Positions 24,215-37,200 of a stretch of DNA of 64,000 nt are shown in pieces. The translations under genes and the position numbers were made by a program. This DNA comes from the human T2T-CHM13v2.0 reference genome, Homo sapiens, in NCBI RefSeq assembly GCF_009914755.1, contig NC_060935.1; one strand, written 5' to 3'. The notes under the pieces are model-generated. The model did no database searches and was not told the origin of the DNA. It worked only from the letters and a program-made list of their open reading frames with translations. Positions within the stretch are counted from its first letter, which is position 1; the number at the start of each line of letters is the position of its first letter.

Positions 24215-27200
24215 GAGTGTCCATTTGAGATCTTTCTAGCTTTCTGAGTGGGCATTTAGTGCTAAAATATTCCTCTTGACACTGCTTTAGCTGTGTCCCA
24301 GAAATTCTGGTATTTGGTCTTTTTATTTTCATTGGTTTCAAAGAAATTCTTGATTTCTGCCTTAAATTCATTATTTACCCAGGGTCATTCAAGAGCAAGT
24401 TGTTCAATTTCCATGTAACTGTGTGGTTTTGACTGAATTTCTTAATCCTGATTTCTAATTTGATTGCACTGTGGTCTGAGAGACTATTGTTATGATTTCA
24501 GGTTTTTTTGTTTGTTTGTTTTTTTGCATTTGCTAAGGAGGGTTTTACTTCCAATTATGTGGTCTATTTCAGAATTAGTGCCATGAGGCACTGAGAAAAA
24601 TGTATATTCTGTTGATTTGGGGTGGAGAGTTCTGTAGATGTTTATTAGGTCCACTTGGCCCAGAGCTGAGTTCAAGTCTTGAATATCCTTGTTAATTTCC
24701 TCTCTCATTCATCTGTCTAATATTGACAATGGGGTGGTAAAGTCTCCCACTACTATTATATAGGAGTCTAAGTCTCTTTGTAGGTCTCTGTGAACTTGCT
24801 TCATGAATCTGGGTGCCCCTGTATTGGGTGCATACATTTAGGATAGTTACCTTTTCTTGTTGAATTGATTTCTTTACCCTTCTTTGTCTCTTTTGATCTT
24901 TGTTGGTATAAAGTCTGTTTTTTTGGAGAGTAGGATTACAATCCCTGCTTTTTTTGCTTTCCATTTGCTTGGTAAATTTTCCTCCATTCCTTTATTTTGG
25001 GCCTATGTGTGTCTTTGAAGTGAGATGGGTCTCCTGAATACAGCACACTGATGGGTCTTGACTTTTTCTCCAATTTGCCAGTCTGTGTCTTTTAAAAGGG
25101 GCATTTAGCCCATTTACATTTAAGGTTAGTATTTTTATGTGAGAATTTGATCCAGTCTTCATGATTCTATCTGGTTATTTTGCACACTAGTTGATGCAGT
25201 TTCTTCAGAGTGTTATGGTCTTTATATTTTGGTGTGTTTTTCAGTGGCTGATACCAGTTTTTCCTTTCCATGTTTAGTTCTTTCTTCACAAGCTCTTGCA
25301 AGGCAGGCCTGGTGATGATGAAATCCCTCAGCATTTGCTTGTCTGGAAAGGATTTTATTTCTCCTTCACTTATGAAGCTTAGTTTGGCTGGATGTGAAAT
25401 TCTGAGTTGAAAATTCTTTTCTTTAAGCATGTTGAATATTGGCCCCCAGTCTCTTCTTCTTGTAGGGTTTCTGCTGACATGTCTGCTGTCAGTCTGATGG
25501 GCTTCCATTGTAGATGACCTGGCAATGGTCACGCCCTTTGTATGGAGGTGACACCATAACATCACAATTAAAAGAGATAGAGAAACAAGAGCAAACTATA
25601 CTAAAGCGAGCAGAAGACAAAAAATAACTAAGATCAGAGCAGAATTGAAGGACATAGAAACATGAAAAACCCTCCAAAAAATCAATGAATCCAGGAGCTG
25701 TTTTTTTTAAATTAACAAAATAGATAGACTGCTATCTAGACGAATAAAGAAGAAAAGAGAGAAGATTCAAATAAGCACAATTGGAAATGATAAGGGGGAA
25801 TCCTCCACTGACACAACAGAAATACAAACTACCATCAGAGAATACTATAAACACCTATATGCAAATAAACTAGAAAATCTAGAAGAAATGGACACATATA
25901 CCCTCCCAAGACTAAACCAGGAAGAAGTCGAATCCTGAACAGACTAATAAGTTCTGAAATTGAGGCAGTAACTAACAGCCTACCAACCAAAAAAAGTCCA
26001 GGACCAGATGGATTCACCGCTAAATTCTATCAGAGGTAGAAAAAGGAGCTGGTACCATTCCTATTGAAACTATTCCAAACAAGTGAACAGGAAGGACTCC
26101 TCCCTAACTAATTGTATGAAGCCAGCATCATCCCGATGCCAAAACCTGGCAGAGACATAACAACAACAAAAGCTTCAGGTCAATATCCCTAATGAACGTT
26201 GATGTGAAAATCCACAATAAAATATTGGCAAACCAAATCCAGCAGCACATAAAAAACTTATCACTGTGATCAAGTCAGCTTCCTCTCTGGGATGTGAGGC
26301 TGGGTCAACATATGCAAATCAATAAACGTAATCCATCACATAAAAATAACCAAAGACAGAAACCTCATGATTATCTCAAAAAATTGCAGAAAACGCCTTT
26401 GAAAAAATTCAACATCCCTTCATGTTAAAAACTCTCAATAAACTAGGTATTGATGAACCATATCTCAAAATAATAAGAGCTACTTATGACAAACCCACAA
26501 CCAATATCACATTGAATGGAAAAAAGCTGGAAGTATTCCTTCTGAAAACCGGTGCAAGGCAAGGACACCCTCTCTTACCACTCCTATTCAACATAGTACT
26601 GGAAATTCTGGCCAGGACAATCAGGCAAGAGAAGGAAATAAAGGGTATTCACATAGGAAGAGAGGAAGTCAAATTGTCTTTGTTTGCAGATGACATGATT
26701 GCATATTTAGAAAATCCCATTGTCTCAGCCCAAAATCTTAAGCTGATAAGCAACTTCAGCAAAGTCTCAGTATACAAAATTAATGTGCAAGAATCACAAG
26801 CATTCCTATACACAAATAAGAGACAAACAAAAAGCCAAATCATGAGTGAACTCCCATTCACAATTGCTTCAAAGAGAATAAAATATCTAGGAATACAGCT
26901 AACAAGGGATGTGAAGGACCTCTTCAAGGAGAACTACAAACCACCTCTCAAGGAAATAAGAGAGGACACAAACAAATGGAAAATCATTCCATCCTCATGG
27001 ATAGGAAGAATCAATATCTTGAAAATGGCCATACTGCCCAAAGTAAATTATAGAGTCAATGCTACCCCCATCAAGGTACCATTGACTTTCTTCACAGAAT
27101 TAGAAAAAAAACTACTTTAAATTTCATATGGAATCAAAGAATACCCTGCATAGCCAAGACAATCCTAAGCAAAAAGAACAAAGCTACAGGAATCATGCTA

Positions 27201-28604
27201 CATGACTTCAAACTATACTACAAGGTTGCAGTAACCAAAACAGCAGAGTACTCGTACCAAAACAGACATAGAGATCAATGGAACAGAACAGAGACCTCAG
27301 AAATAACACCATACATCTACAAACATCTGATCTTCAACAAACCTGACAAAAACAAGCAAGCAATGACGAAAAGATCTCCTATTCAATAAATCGTGCTGGA
27401 GAAACTGGCTAGCCATATGCAGAAAACAGAAACTCGACCCTTTCCATACTCCCTATACTAAAATTAACTCAAGAAGGACTAAAGACTTAAATATAAAACC
27501 CCAAACCATAGAAATCCTAGAAGAAAACCTAGGTGATACTATTTAGGACATAGGCATTGGCAAAGACATCATGATGAAAACACAAAAAGCAATTGCAACA
27601 AAGGCCAATATTGACAAGTGTAATCTAATGAAACCAAAGAGCTTCTGTACAGAAAGAGAAACTATCATCAGAGTGAATAGGCAACCTACAAAATAGGAGA
27701 CAATTCTTGCACTCTACCCATCTACAAAAGTCTAATATCCAGAAGTTACAAGGAACTTAAACAAATTTACAAGAAAAAAACAAACAACTCCATCACAAAG
27801 TGGGCCAAGGATATGAACAGACATTTCTCAAAAGAAGACATTTATGCGGCCAACAAACATATGCAAAAAAAGTTCAACATCACTGATCATTGGAGAAAGG
27901 CAAATTGAAACGACAATGAGATACCATCTCACTCCAGTCAGAATGGTGACTATTAAAAAGTCAGGAGACAATAGATGCTGGTGAGGCTCCGGAGAAATAG
28001 AAATGCTGTTACACTGTTGGTGGGAATGTCAATTAGTTCAACCATTGTGGAAGATAGTATGGCGATTCCTCAAGGATCTAGAACCAGAAATACAATTTGA
28101 CTCAGTAATGCCATTACTGGGTATACACCCAAAGGAATATAAATGATTCTACTATAAAGACACATGTACACGTATGTTTATTGCAGCACTATTTAGCAAA
28201 GACATGGAACCAACCCAAATGTGCATCAATGATAGACTTGATAAAGAAAATGTGGTACATATATACCATGGAATACTATGCAGTCATAAAAAGGAATGAG
28301 ATCATGTCCTTTTCAGGGACATGGATGAAGCTGGAAGCTATCATCCTCAGCAAACTAACACAGGAGCAGAAAACCAAACACCTCATGTTCTCACTCATAA
28401 GTGGGAGTTGAATAATGAGAACACACATGGACACAGAGAGGAGAACAACACAGACCAGGGACTGGGAGGTGAGGAACTAGGGGAGGGAATTTAGAGGATA
28501 GGTTGATGGGTGCAGCAAACCACCATGGCACATGTATGTCAATGTAACAAACCTGCAGGTTCTGCACAGGTATGCCAGAACTTGAAGTAAAATTTTAAAA
28601 AGTA
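24215..28604 (+). mobile_element. 5'-inverted LINE-1 (L1PA8/8A-like). Inverted 24215-25523 (ORF1 C-half and EN, - strand), filler 25524-25549, sense 25550-28604
   Basis: Minus-strand ORF1 peptide (RRDWGPIFNMLKEKNFQ), plus-strand RT (LFADDMI); 3'UTR gggaatttagaggat...gcagcaaaccacc; 18-bp TSD agaaaatgta(t/c)ag(a/t)gttc at 24197-24214 and 28605-28622. Confidence 0.96.
26422..27120 (+). pseudogene. L1 ORF2p RT-domain remnant (232 aa open frame)
   Basis: [10 protein letters not shown]..., [20 protein letters not shown]; surrounded by frameshifts and stops. Confidence 0.9.
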
Positions 28605-30402
28605 AGAAAATGTACAGTGTTCATAATGATAAAAGTATGAGAAAAAACAAGTTAAAACATCGAATCACAAAGTTGAGGAATATTTGCAATTTATTACATG
28701 AAAAAGAATACATGTAAATTCACGTATGAGGAAATATCCATTAAACTATCCACGTAAAAATGAAATCAGCAAAAACAGGTAATAATATAGGAAGACGATG
28801 ATAAACAGAAAAAGACTATTTCCTTAACCAGTTGGAAAGTGGTTCAACGATTCTCACAGTAGAATAAAGTCAAATTTAAAACACTGTGAGATACCTTTTA
28901 TTCATTTATTTTTATTTACCTAATTTGGAATGATCTGTTAAAATATCATGAGAGTGATTATGAGAAAATTCATGTACTCTCATGTTTTCTCATAGTATAT
29001 AAACTAGTATAACATCTATAAAGTGAAATTCAAGAGGAATTATAAGTTATAGATGCATCCACTCTTTGAACAGCCAATTCCAATTATAGAAATGTGTACT
29101 ATACTTCTAATCACATGTGTGAAATGACATGGAGCATTGCTCTAAAATTTTAAAAACAAATTTCAAAAGCAACAGTAATCCATCAATAGCAAGCTGTTTA
29201 AATAATTTATGGTATATACACAATGGACTAATGTACAGCTGTAAAAACAAAGTTATAAGCCCACATGGGACAATCTTTAACATGTATTTTAAATGACTTT
29301 AAGTGAATAAACAAAAGTGTGAAATGGTGAATGTAATACTCAATCCTTTTGAGTAAAGTGGGATACATATGTATGTATATGGAGAGAGAAAGAGAGACTA
29401 CATTAGAGACTATGCAAGAATACATAAGAAACTAGAAAATCCGAGCCTTCAAAAAGTAACACAGAATGGCTGGGCCCTACAGTAAGGAGGAGAATTTTCA
29501 CAGTATATTGTCTCATATTTTCTTTTTTTTTTTGCCTCATGTTTTCTAAATTTTTTAAACACCAGAATAATATACCTTTTAAGTAATGTTTTGTCTATTA
29601 AACTCATATATAAAATCTAAAAGATGAAAGCAGTATAAGAAAAGGAAGGAGAAATTAGAAAATAAATGATAGAGGGTATAAAGATTTGCATCTTGCATTT
29701 GTCAAGCAACTCACAGCCGCAATTTGTTAGTAGATTTTTGGTTTTCAAAACACTTACATATATGCTTATTTGACAGTGTTATTGTCTTTTTGATTTTTTC
29801 AGATGATCAACTACACCCTAAAAAATGTCAAGTGACATACAATAATACACAGAAGTTAGTTTTGAAATGAAGATCTTGTGAGTTTACATGCCATGCTGCT
29901 TACAAACTATCTCATTTTTATAAATATGCATAATAACCCTTTCTTCTTATCATCATCTCCCTCCCATGCTTATAATGATTTGGGGCAAACATTAGGAGCT
30001 ATCAGTGAATAAAAAAGTGATTAGGGGAATTAATGAATTAATGAATAAATGAATGTTCATTTAAGAAGCTTAAAGAGAAATTAAAAATTGAAATATGTCA
30101 AAATTTAGGAACAATTCAAAACTTAAAAGTAAGTCTGCTGGGAGTGTTACAATCTTTCCAAAGGTCAATTATGCCATTTCAAAAGTTTTCAAGTTAATGC
30201 TGGTTTCATCCAACAATTTTACTTGTGGAGTTTTCTCCTAAAAAAAAAGGAAATGAGCCAAAAAAAAAAAGTGTTTTTTTTTATATAGACAGTTATATTT
30301 AATATGCCTATATTACTTGAAAAATAAACTAAAAGGTTATCTTTAATAGTATGGATTAAAGTAGATTCAATACCAAAATAAAACATGTAAAGAAAATTCT
30401 GG

Positions 30403-32042
30403 CTCTCCCTCTCCCTCTCCCTCTCCCTCTTTCCACGGTCTCCCTCTGATGCCGGGCGGAAGCTGGACTGTACTGCTGCCATCTCGGCTCACTGCAACCT
30501 CCCTGCCTGATTCTCCGGCCTCAGCCTGCCGAGTGCCTGCGATTGCAGGCGCGCACCGCCACGCCTGACTGGTTTTCGTATTTTTTGGGTGGAGATGGGG
30601 TTTCGCTGTGTTGGCCAGGCTGGTCTCCAGCTCCTAACCGCGAGTGATCCGCCAGCCTCGGCCTCCCGAGGTGCCGGGATTGCAGACGGAGTCTCCTTCA
30701 CTCAGTGCTCAATGGTGCCCAGGCTGGAGTGCAGTGGCGTGATCTCGGCTCGCTACAACATCCACCTCCCAGCAGCCTGCCTTGGCCTCCCAAAGTGCCG
30801 AGATTGCAGCCTCTGCCCGGCCGCCACCCTGTCTGGGAAGTGAGGAGCGTCTCTGCCTGGCCGCCCATCGTCTGGGATGTGAGGAGCCCCTCTGCCTGGC
30901 TGCCCAGTCTGGAAAGTGAGGAGCGTCTCTGCCCAGCCGCCATCCCATCTAGGAAGTGAGGAGCGTCTCTGCCCTGCCGCCCATCGTCTGAGATGTGGGG
31001 AGCGCCTCTGCCCTGTCGCCCCATCCGGGATGTGAGGAGCGTCTCTGCCCGGCCGCCCCGTCTGAGAAGTGAGGAGACCCTCTGTGCCTGGCAACCGCCC
31101 TGTCTGAGAAGTGAGGAGCCCCTCTGCCCAGCAGCCGCCCCATCTGAGAAGTGAGGAGCCCCTCCGCCCGGCAGCCACCCCGTCTGGGAAGTGAGGAGCG
31201 TCTCCGCCCGGCAGCCACCCCGTCCGGGAGGGAGATGGGGGGTTCAGCCCCCCACCTGGCCAGCCGCCCCGTCCGGGAGGGAGGTGGGGGAATCAGCCCC
31301 CCGCCTGGCCAGCCGCCCCGTCCGGGAGGCGAGGGGCGCCTCTGCCTGGCCGCCCCTACTGGGAAGTGAGGAGCCCCTCTGCCCGGCCAGCCGCCCCGTC
31401 CGGGAGGGAGGTGGGGGGGGGTCAGCCCCCCGCCCGGCCAGCCGCCCCATCTGGGAGGTGAGGGGAGCCTCTGCCCTGCCGCCCCTACTGGGAAGTGAGG
31501 AGCCCCTCTGCCCGGCCACCACCCCGTCTGGGAGGTTTACCCAACAGCTCATTGAGAACGGGCCATGATGACAATGGCAGTTTTGTGGAATAGAAAGGGG
31601 GGAAAGGTGGGGAAAAGTTTGAGAAATCGGATGGTTGCCGTGTCTGTGTAGAAAGAGGTAGACATGGGAGACTTTTCATTTTGTTCTGTACTAAGAAAAA
31701 TTCTTCTGCCTTGGGATCCTGTTGATCTGTGACCTTGCCCCCAACCCTGTGCTCTCTGAAACATGTGCTGTGTCCACTCAGGGTTGAATGGATTAAGGGT
31801 GGTGCAAGATGTGCTTTGTTAAACAGATGCTTGAAGGCAGCATGCTCGTTAAGAGTCATCACCACTCCCTAATCTCAAGTACCCAGGGACACAAACACTG
31901 CGGAGGGCTGCAGGGTCCTCTGCCTAGGAAAACCAGAGACCTTTGTTCACTTGTTTATCTGCTGACCTTCCCTCCACTGTTGTCCTGTGACCCTGCCAAA
32001 TCCCCCTCTGCGAGAAACACCCAAGAATGATCAATAAAAAAA

Positions 32043-32073
<31 letters not shown>
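30403..32073 (+). mobile_element. Full-length SVA retrotransposon (SVA_D-like)
   Basis: (CCCTCT)n head 30403-30430, antisense Alu-like region, GC-rich VNTR (about 30810-31535), SINE-R, AATAAA plus (TAAA)n tail; perfect 14-bp TSD aaagaaaattctgg at 30389-30402 and 32074-32087. Confidence 0.98.
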
Positions 32074-33489
32074 AAAGAAAATTCTGGAGTTTTACTTTTT
32101 TTTTTTTTACTATTTTTTTCTAACCTGTTTCCTTTTACACTTGCTAAAATACTCATCGAGATATTCATCAAGTACACCTTTGCTTAGCCTCCTTCAAAAT
32201 GGATGAGAGCTCAACATCAGTAACTTAGACTTACAATTCCTCAAATTTTAATGCATTTGATCACCAGTGTTTATTAAGTGTTGAGTGTGAAGCTCACTTG
32301 GTAGCCCAAAGATTTCACTGGGATCAGTCACTGTATTTGAAAACGTCATAACTCCACTTTGAGCTTTTTTAAGAGCAAAGTGTCATTGGCCCTACTTTCA
32401 GTCTCAGCACCTAAAGAGCTTACTATCAATTAAAGGATTCTCACTCCAAACCCACTAGAATCCTGCATCATGTTCCTGAAGCATGCATCTAAGAAGATTC
32501 CTAAGACATCCCAATTTACTGTTCTAAAATAGCCACTTCCCAGCAGAATCCTTTCCTCTCTGGCTTTGACAGTAAATTGGAAAGAAATCCTCCTTACACT
32601 CAAAGTTAGCAGAAACCTTAAAAAGAAAACCAACACGTTTGTGCTGGATAGAATGCCCTGTAATTGTGATTCAAGCTGTTATCCTCTTAAGATCTTGGTC
32701 ATCATGCTCTGTGTCTCTTATTTCCCACCTCAACCAACCATCTGTTCCTAAATAAAACTTTACCAAGAAAAAGTGCATATATTGTGTCATATCAGTAACT
32801 AGCAATGAAGACAGATCTATATATTTTTAAAATGCCTAACAAAACATGTATTAAAACAACTAAATCTAGATAATAGTTTATTTTTATTATATGGTGGTAC
32901 AAATTGGGGTTCTTTCATGGCTATGTCACACGGACACTTCAAATATCACAAAAAGCCCAGCAGGTTGCTAATTGAGGTCTCAGTTCAATAATTACACAAA
33001 GCAGTAACATGTATAGAAAATTAAAAGCAGATTCTGTCCTTGGGAATTGTGAGATGACTGAACTCATTTGCTTCCACCTCTAAACTAGAGTGCCTTGCCA
33101 TGACAAATTAAGTTGGGACCAACAGACACTATGTGATCAATGGGATCGAAATGAGTGACATTCAGTCACATCCTGCATCATTATATGCACATTTTAATAA
33201 CATGAACGATGGCCTCACAGTACCGGCAAGACACAAAAAAATCCCTTTTTTAAAAATTATCAATTTTTTTAAAAGCGATCATGCTAAGTGACTGAAGTAT
33301 GAACTCTTTGCTCTGCTTTGCTTATATAAAAGAGCCATTTTACCTACTCTGTGGTACCAAGTGATGCGTTTAATCTTGCGCATATTAAGTCCCATTGGCA
33401 GGGGAAAGCCAACTATCAAATAGTGAAGAAACACCTTGTCAGACGAACATTTCAAACACCTGAGCCAAAGTAAGTATGTTATTTAACTT

Positions 33490-33518
33490 TATATAAATAT
33501 ATATATTTATATAGATAG

Positions 33519-33550
<32 letters not shown>
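33490..33550. repeat. (TA)n microsatellite, pure (TA)15 at 33521-33550
   Basis: Read directly from sequence. Confidence 0.95.
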
Positions 33551-33552
<2 letters not shown>

Positions 33553-34059
33553 GATTATTGAATGTTTATGTGTCCCAAAATCTGTGGTACAATGTCCCAC
33601 TTACAGATACGTATCTATATAGAGTGTTATTTTCTTTTAGCCCATAAATGACTTTAAGCCCATCATCAGAATTTAGATAATTAAATAAAAATTCAACTAC
33701 TAAACATTGCTTTAATTTTATTGTTTTTTTTTTAAATCAGAGCTGGTACTCATCAACAGCCAAAATCCTTTTATTTTCTTCCTTCCTCAGAGTCTGAGAA
33801 TGTGTCCATGATATACTGTTTTTGTCAGTCTGCTAAATTTTATAATGAAAACTTTCATTGTTCCTGTGTAAACAGTGTTACAATGGAGTAAACAGAAATG
33901 AAATATTCTATTACTTTTACTACTTGGTAGTGACAACAATTCTCATTCTTTATTTTTATTTACTCAAGAGTCATAGTGTTAAAGACACACATTTCATTTA
34001 TAAAGAATCCATATCTTTCCCCAGTTGCCCTATTGGGCTTGTGAGACCAAGTTTAACAA

Positions 34060-34220
34060 ATGAACAAAGAAAATTATGACAGAAAATTCCATTCATTAGG
34101 GCAAAATCAGTGTGAAAAGACTGAAATTTACAGATGGGCAAGATGTCTGATTAAATTTACAGGCAATGCAGATTGGCTACAGATGGTGAGGAATCTGGTC
34201 CAAAACTTAGAGTCCATGCA
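34060..34220 (-). mobile_element. MIR fragment
   Basis: gtgtgaaaagactgaaatttacagatgggcaagatgtctg...cagattggctac.gatggtgagg. Confidence 0.4.
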
Positions 34221-34839
34221 ATTTTTGTTTTTACTTTTAAAATTCCATTTCTCAAATTCTTACTTTGCAAGGCAAAGTCCTCTCACACGAACCAGACCTC
34301 AGGACTTTTGTGTTTTACGATCTCATAAAAGTCATTTTGTATCCACGGAAAGACCACATGTGACATCATTATCACCTGGTGATTTGATTTTGTTTATGCT
34401 TCTTAAACCAATTACTTTTGTTACAGCCATAATTTGCTCCCGGAGGCAGAGGATCCTACTTCAACCTGGCAGTGAACTAATCCATTAAGATTTGACATTG
34501 AATAGGCTTTTGGAAGAATACTAGCATCACTAAGGGTAACCGGAAAGAAAATAGCCTATGTAAATGTGCAGGATTATAAAAATACTTAAATATAAGTAGC
34601 ATAATATTTCTACAAGAAGATTAGCAGATCAAGTTCTAACCTAAAACTGGTAAAAACTACATTGACAAAAAAACCTCTATCTGAGCTTGGCCCCTAAATC
34701 GATGAAGCTAAACTTACATAGTTACTAAATTTGTCAAGATTCTACTAATGCATACATCTAAATGAAAGCTGAAATACTTAGTCAAGAGTCCAAATCTTTA
34801 TTAACTCTAAAGCCAGCATAAAATTTAACAGAAGAAATG

Positions 34840-34985
34840 TAACATGTATTTAAAAATTTGAACTCTAGAGCTGAGTCCTTCGAGTTTATATCCTAGTTTT
34901 ATGTTTTCTATGTTTATTAAATATATATGAACATGAGAACATTATTTAAACCCTTTTTGTGCCCTATCCTTACCTTTAAAATAGT
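34840..34985 (+). mobile_element. MIR fragment
   Basis: gaactctagagctgagtccttcgagtttatatcctag...tatttaaaccctttttgtgccc. Confidence 0.5.
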
Positions 34986-35060
34986 TTTCATCAATTAAAA
35001 CCTTAGTTGCAATTTATAACCCATCTAGCTAAAGCAGAAAAGTATTTATTAAGGTAGAAA

Positions 35061-35185
35061 CTAGAAAACTTTTTTTATTTGGGTCAGAGACTTAAAATTT
35101 TAGACTTTATGGGACAGATGGTCTCTGTTGCAAATACTTAGCATGGACATTCAATAAAACTTTATTTTCAAAATCAGGCATTATC
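35061..35185 (+). mobile_element. MER58A-like hAT-Charlie MITE fragment
   Basis: aaattttagactttatgggacagatggtctctgttgcaaatact...caataaaactttattt. Confidence 0.7.
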
Positions 35186-35419
35186 AACCTCCATATTAAA
35201 TGGTATTATGTACCTCAAAGAGTCTTGAAGATTTCTGAGCTACAGATGCAGGATCATAGCTATGAAGCCAGTTTTAATAGCAATCACCACTCACTCACAG
35301 GTTTACTAGCAAGATCCTACCACCCCTACCCACAGAAACCACAGCTTGCATCTTGGACACTGAGCACTACTATTAGAACCCCATCCACTAACATGTGATC
35401 TCTTTATTGTACTCTACAT

Positions 35420-35774
35420 CAGGGGTCCCCAGCCCCTGGGCCACAGACGGGTGTCATTCTCCAACCTGTTAGGAACTGGGCCACAAGGAGTGGGTGAGCT
35501 GCTGGTGAACTAGCATTAGTGTTAGCATTATTGACTGACCTCTGTCTCTTATCAGATCAGCAGCGGCATCAGATTCTCATAGGATCACAAATCCTACTGT
35601 GAACTGAGCATGCTAGGGATCTAGGGTGCATGCTCCTTATGAGGATCTAATGCCTGATGATCTAAAGTGGAACAGTTTCAACCCAAAACCACTACCCCAC
35701 CACATTAGAGGAAAAATTAAAGAGTCATCTTCTATGAAACTGGTCCCTGATGCCAAAAAGATTAGGGACTGCTG
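35420..35774 (+). mobile_element. MER1B hAT-Charlie DNA transposon
   Basis: TIRs caggggtcccc / gggactgctg; perfect 8-bp TSD ctctacat at 35412-35419 and 35775-35782. Confidence 0.93.
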
Positions 35775-36729
35775 CTCTACATCTTTTCCCACAAAAATGT
35801 GTTCAATACAACCCCTTCCTTCTTCTTTCTATTGCTCTGAGAGTGCATCTAATTGCAGAAATGTAGGTAATATACTCTAAAAAAGGCTAGGAAAGGAAAC
35901 TTTTGGATTTTATGCTGGGAAATTATGATTCATGTTGGGAAAAATTAACAAAATATTGAAAGATATTTAAAATATACTGTGACCACAAAATGACAATGTT
36001 TTACCAAACAGATACGTATAAAATATATCTAATAATGTTATAATGAAGCAGGATAATGCATATTTATTATTTAAAACAATACCTCCACTTGGTGCTCATA
36101 AATAGTATTATATGAATTTCAAAAATGTTTATATTTTTTCATAAAAATAAGCAAACAACACCTTATAGCATTATATTTTATAAATTGAGGTAAAATAAAT
36201 TAGATCTTCAGCCTGGAATAAGCCTAATGCCCTCTGAGAAAAAGTACTGCTTTTCACACCACCACCAGCCCCAACTTACCTACAGCATTCTCTAGTCCAT
36301 GTATCAGCAGTAGAAATGAATTACAAGATGACATATGACAAGATGACTAATAAGTAAAGATGGATGACAAGATAAAAATGGTACCTATTGTCTTTTAAAG
36401 ATTTGAAGACAATGGAAAGCCATGGGAAAGTTATTTGTTCATTTTGTTCATTGGTAAATAATCTGCTTTACTTCTTTCCCTGACTCCATAACTCAGCTGC
36501 TCACCAAGCACAGTCAGAACTTTCACAGCATTCAAAGAAATCAACAAACTGAAAATGGAGGTGCTGGTGGAAGAGCTGATGTCCTGGGTATTACAACCCA
36601 TGTTCTGCCATTAAGAGATGTGTTTCCCACATTTCTTTTTATCCCCTGCCTTATGTTCTACCTCTTTTCTTAACTTTGCCCATGTCAAGGACTTTCACTG
36701 GTCTTACTTCCCTAACTTTATCTTATGTA

Positions 36730-37200
36730 TTTCACTTCTCAAAATCCTTCAGTGACTTTTCACTTCAAAGTAAAACAATGCCCTCGAAATCACGGGCCTG
36801 CTGACTTCTTAAATCTCATTTCCTGCTACTCTCACTGCATCAGTCCACTGCAGCCACATCAGCCTCCTCATGGAAGCAACTTTTCTCACCAAGGCACCTT
36901 TGCTTCAGGTTCTTTGCATCCTCTGTTTCTTTTCCTGACATGCTCTTCTCATAAGGCTCCCTCCTTTCTTTCAGTAATTTATTTAAATGTCGCTTTCTTA
37001 TGCTTCTCCTCTCTGTCCCTTTTTTCTTTATTTTTAACCCTTTATCACTTCTTTACTCTCTCCCTAACTAGAATGAATGCTCTACAAAGGTAGGAATTTT
37101 TGCCTTTTTTGTTTCCTCTTGTGTCCCCTAGAAATGAGCCTGGCACAGAGGAAATTATCAAAAATACGTGTTGAATACATTCCTGAACACATGAATAAGT
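36730..37200 (+). mobile_element. L2a-like 3' end
   Basis: ctcaaaatccttcagtgac..., actagaatg..., gcctggcacag...tgttgaat. Confidence 0.7.

Noticed and set aside
30219-32030. Many overlapping 70-140 aa ORFs in the SVA
   Set aside because: A by-product of the GC-rich, stop-poor VNTR and Alu-like region; no domain content.
34060-34488. 142-aa ORF
   Set aside because: Overlaps a MIR-like fragment, has no recognisable domain, and is within chance length for 64 kb in six frames.
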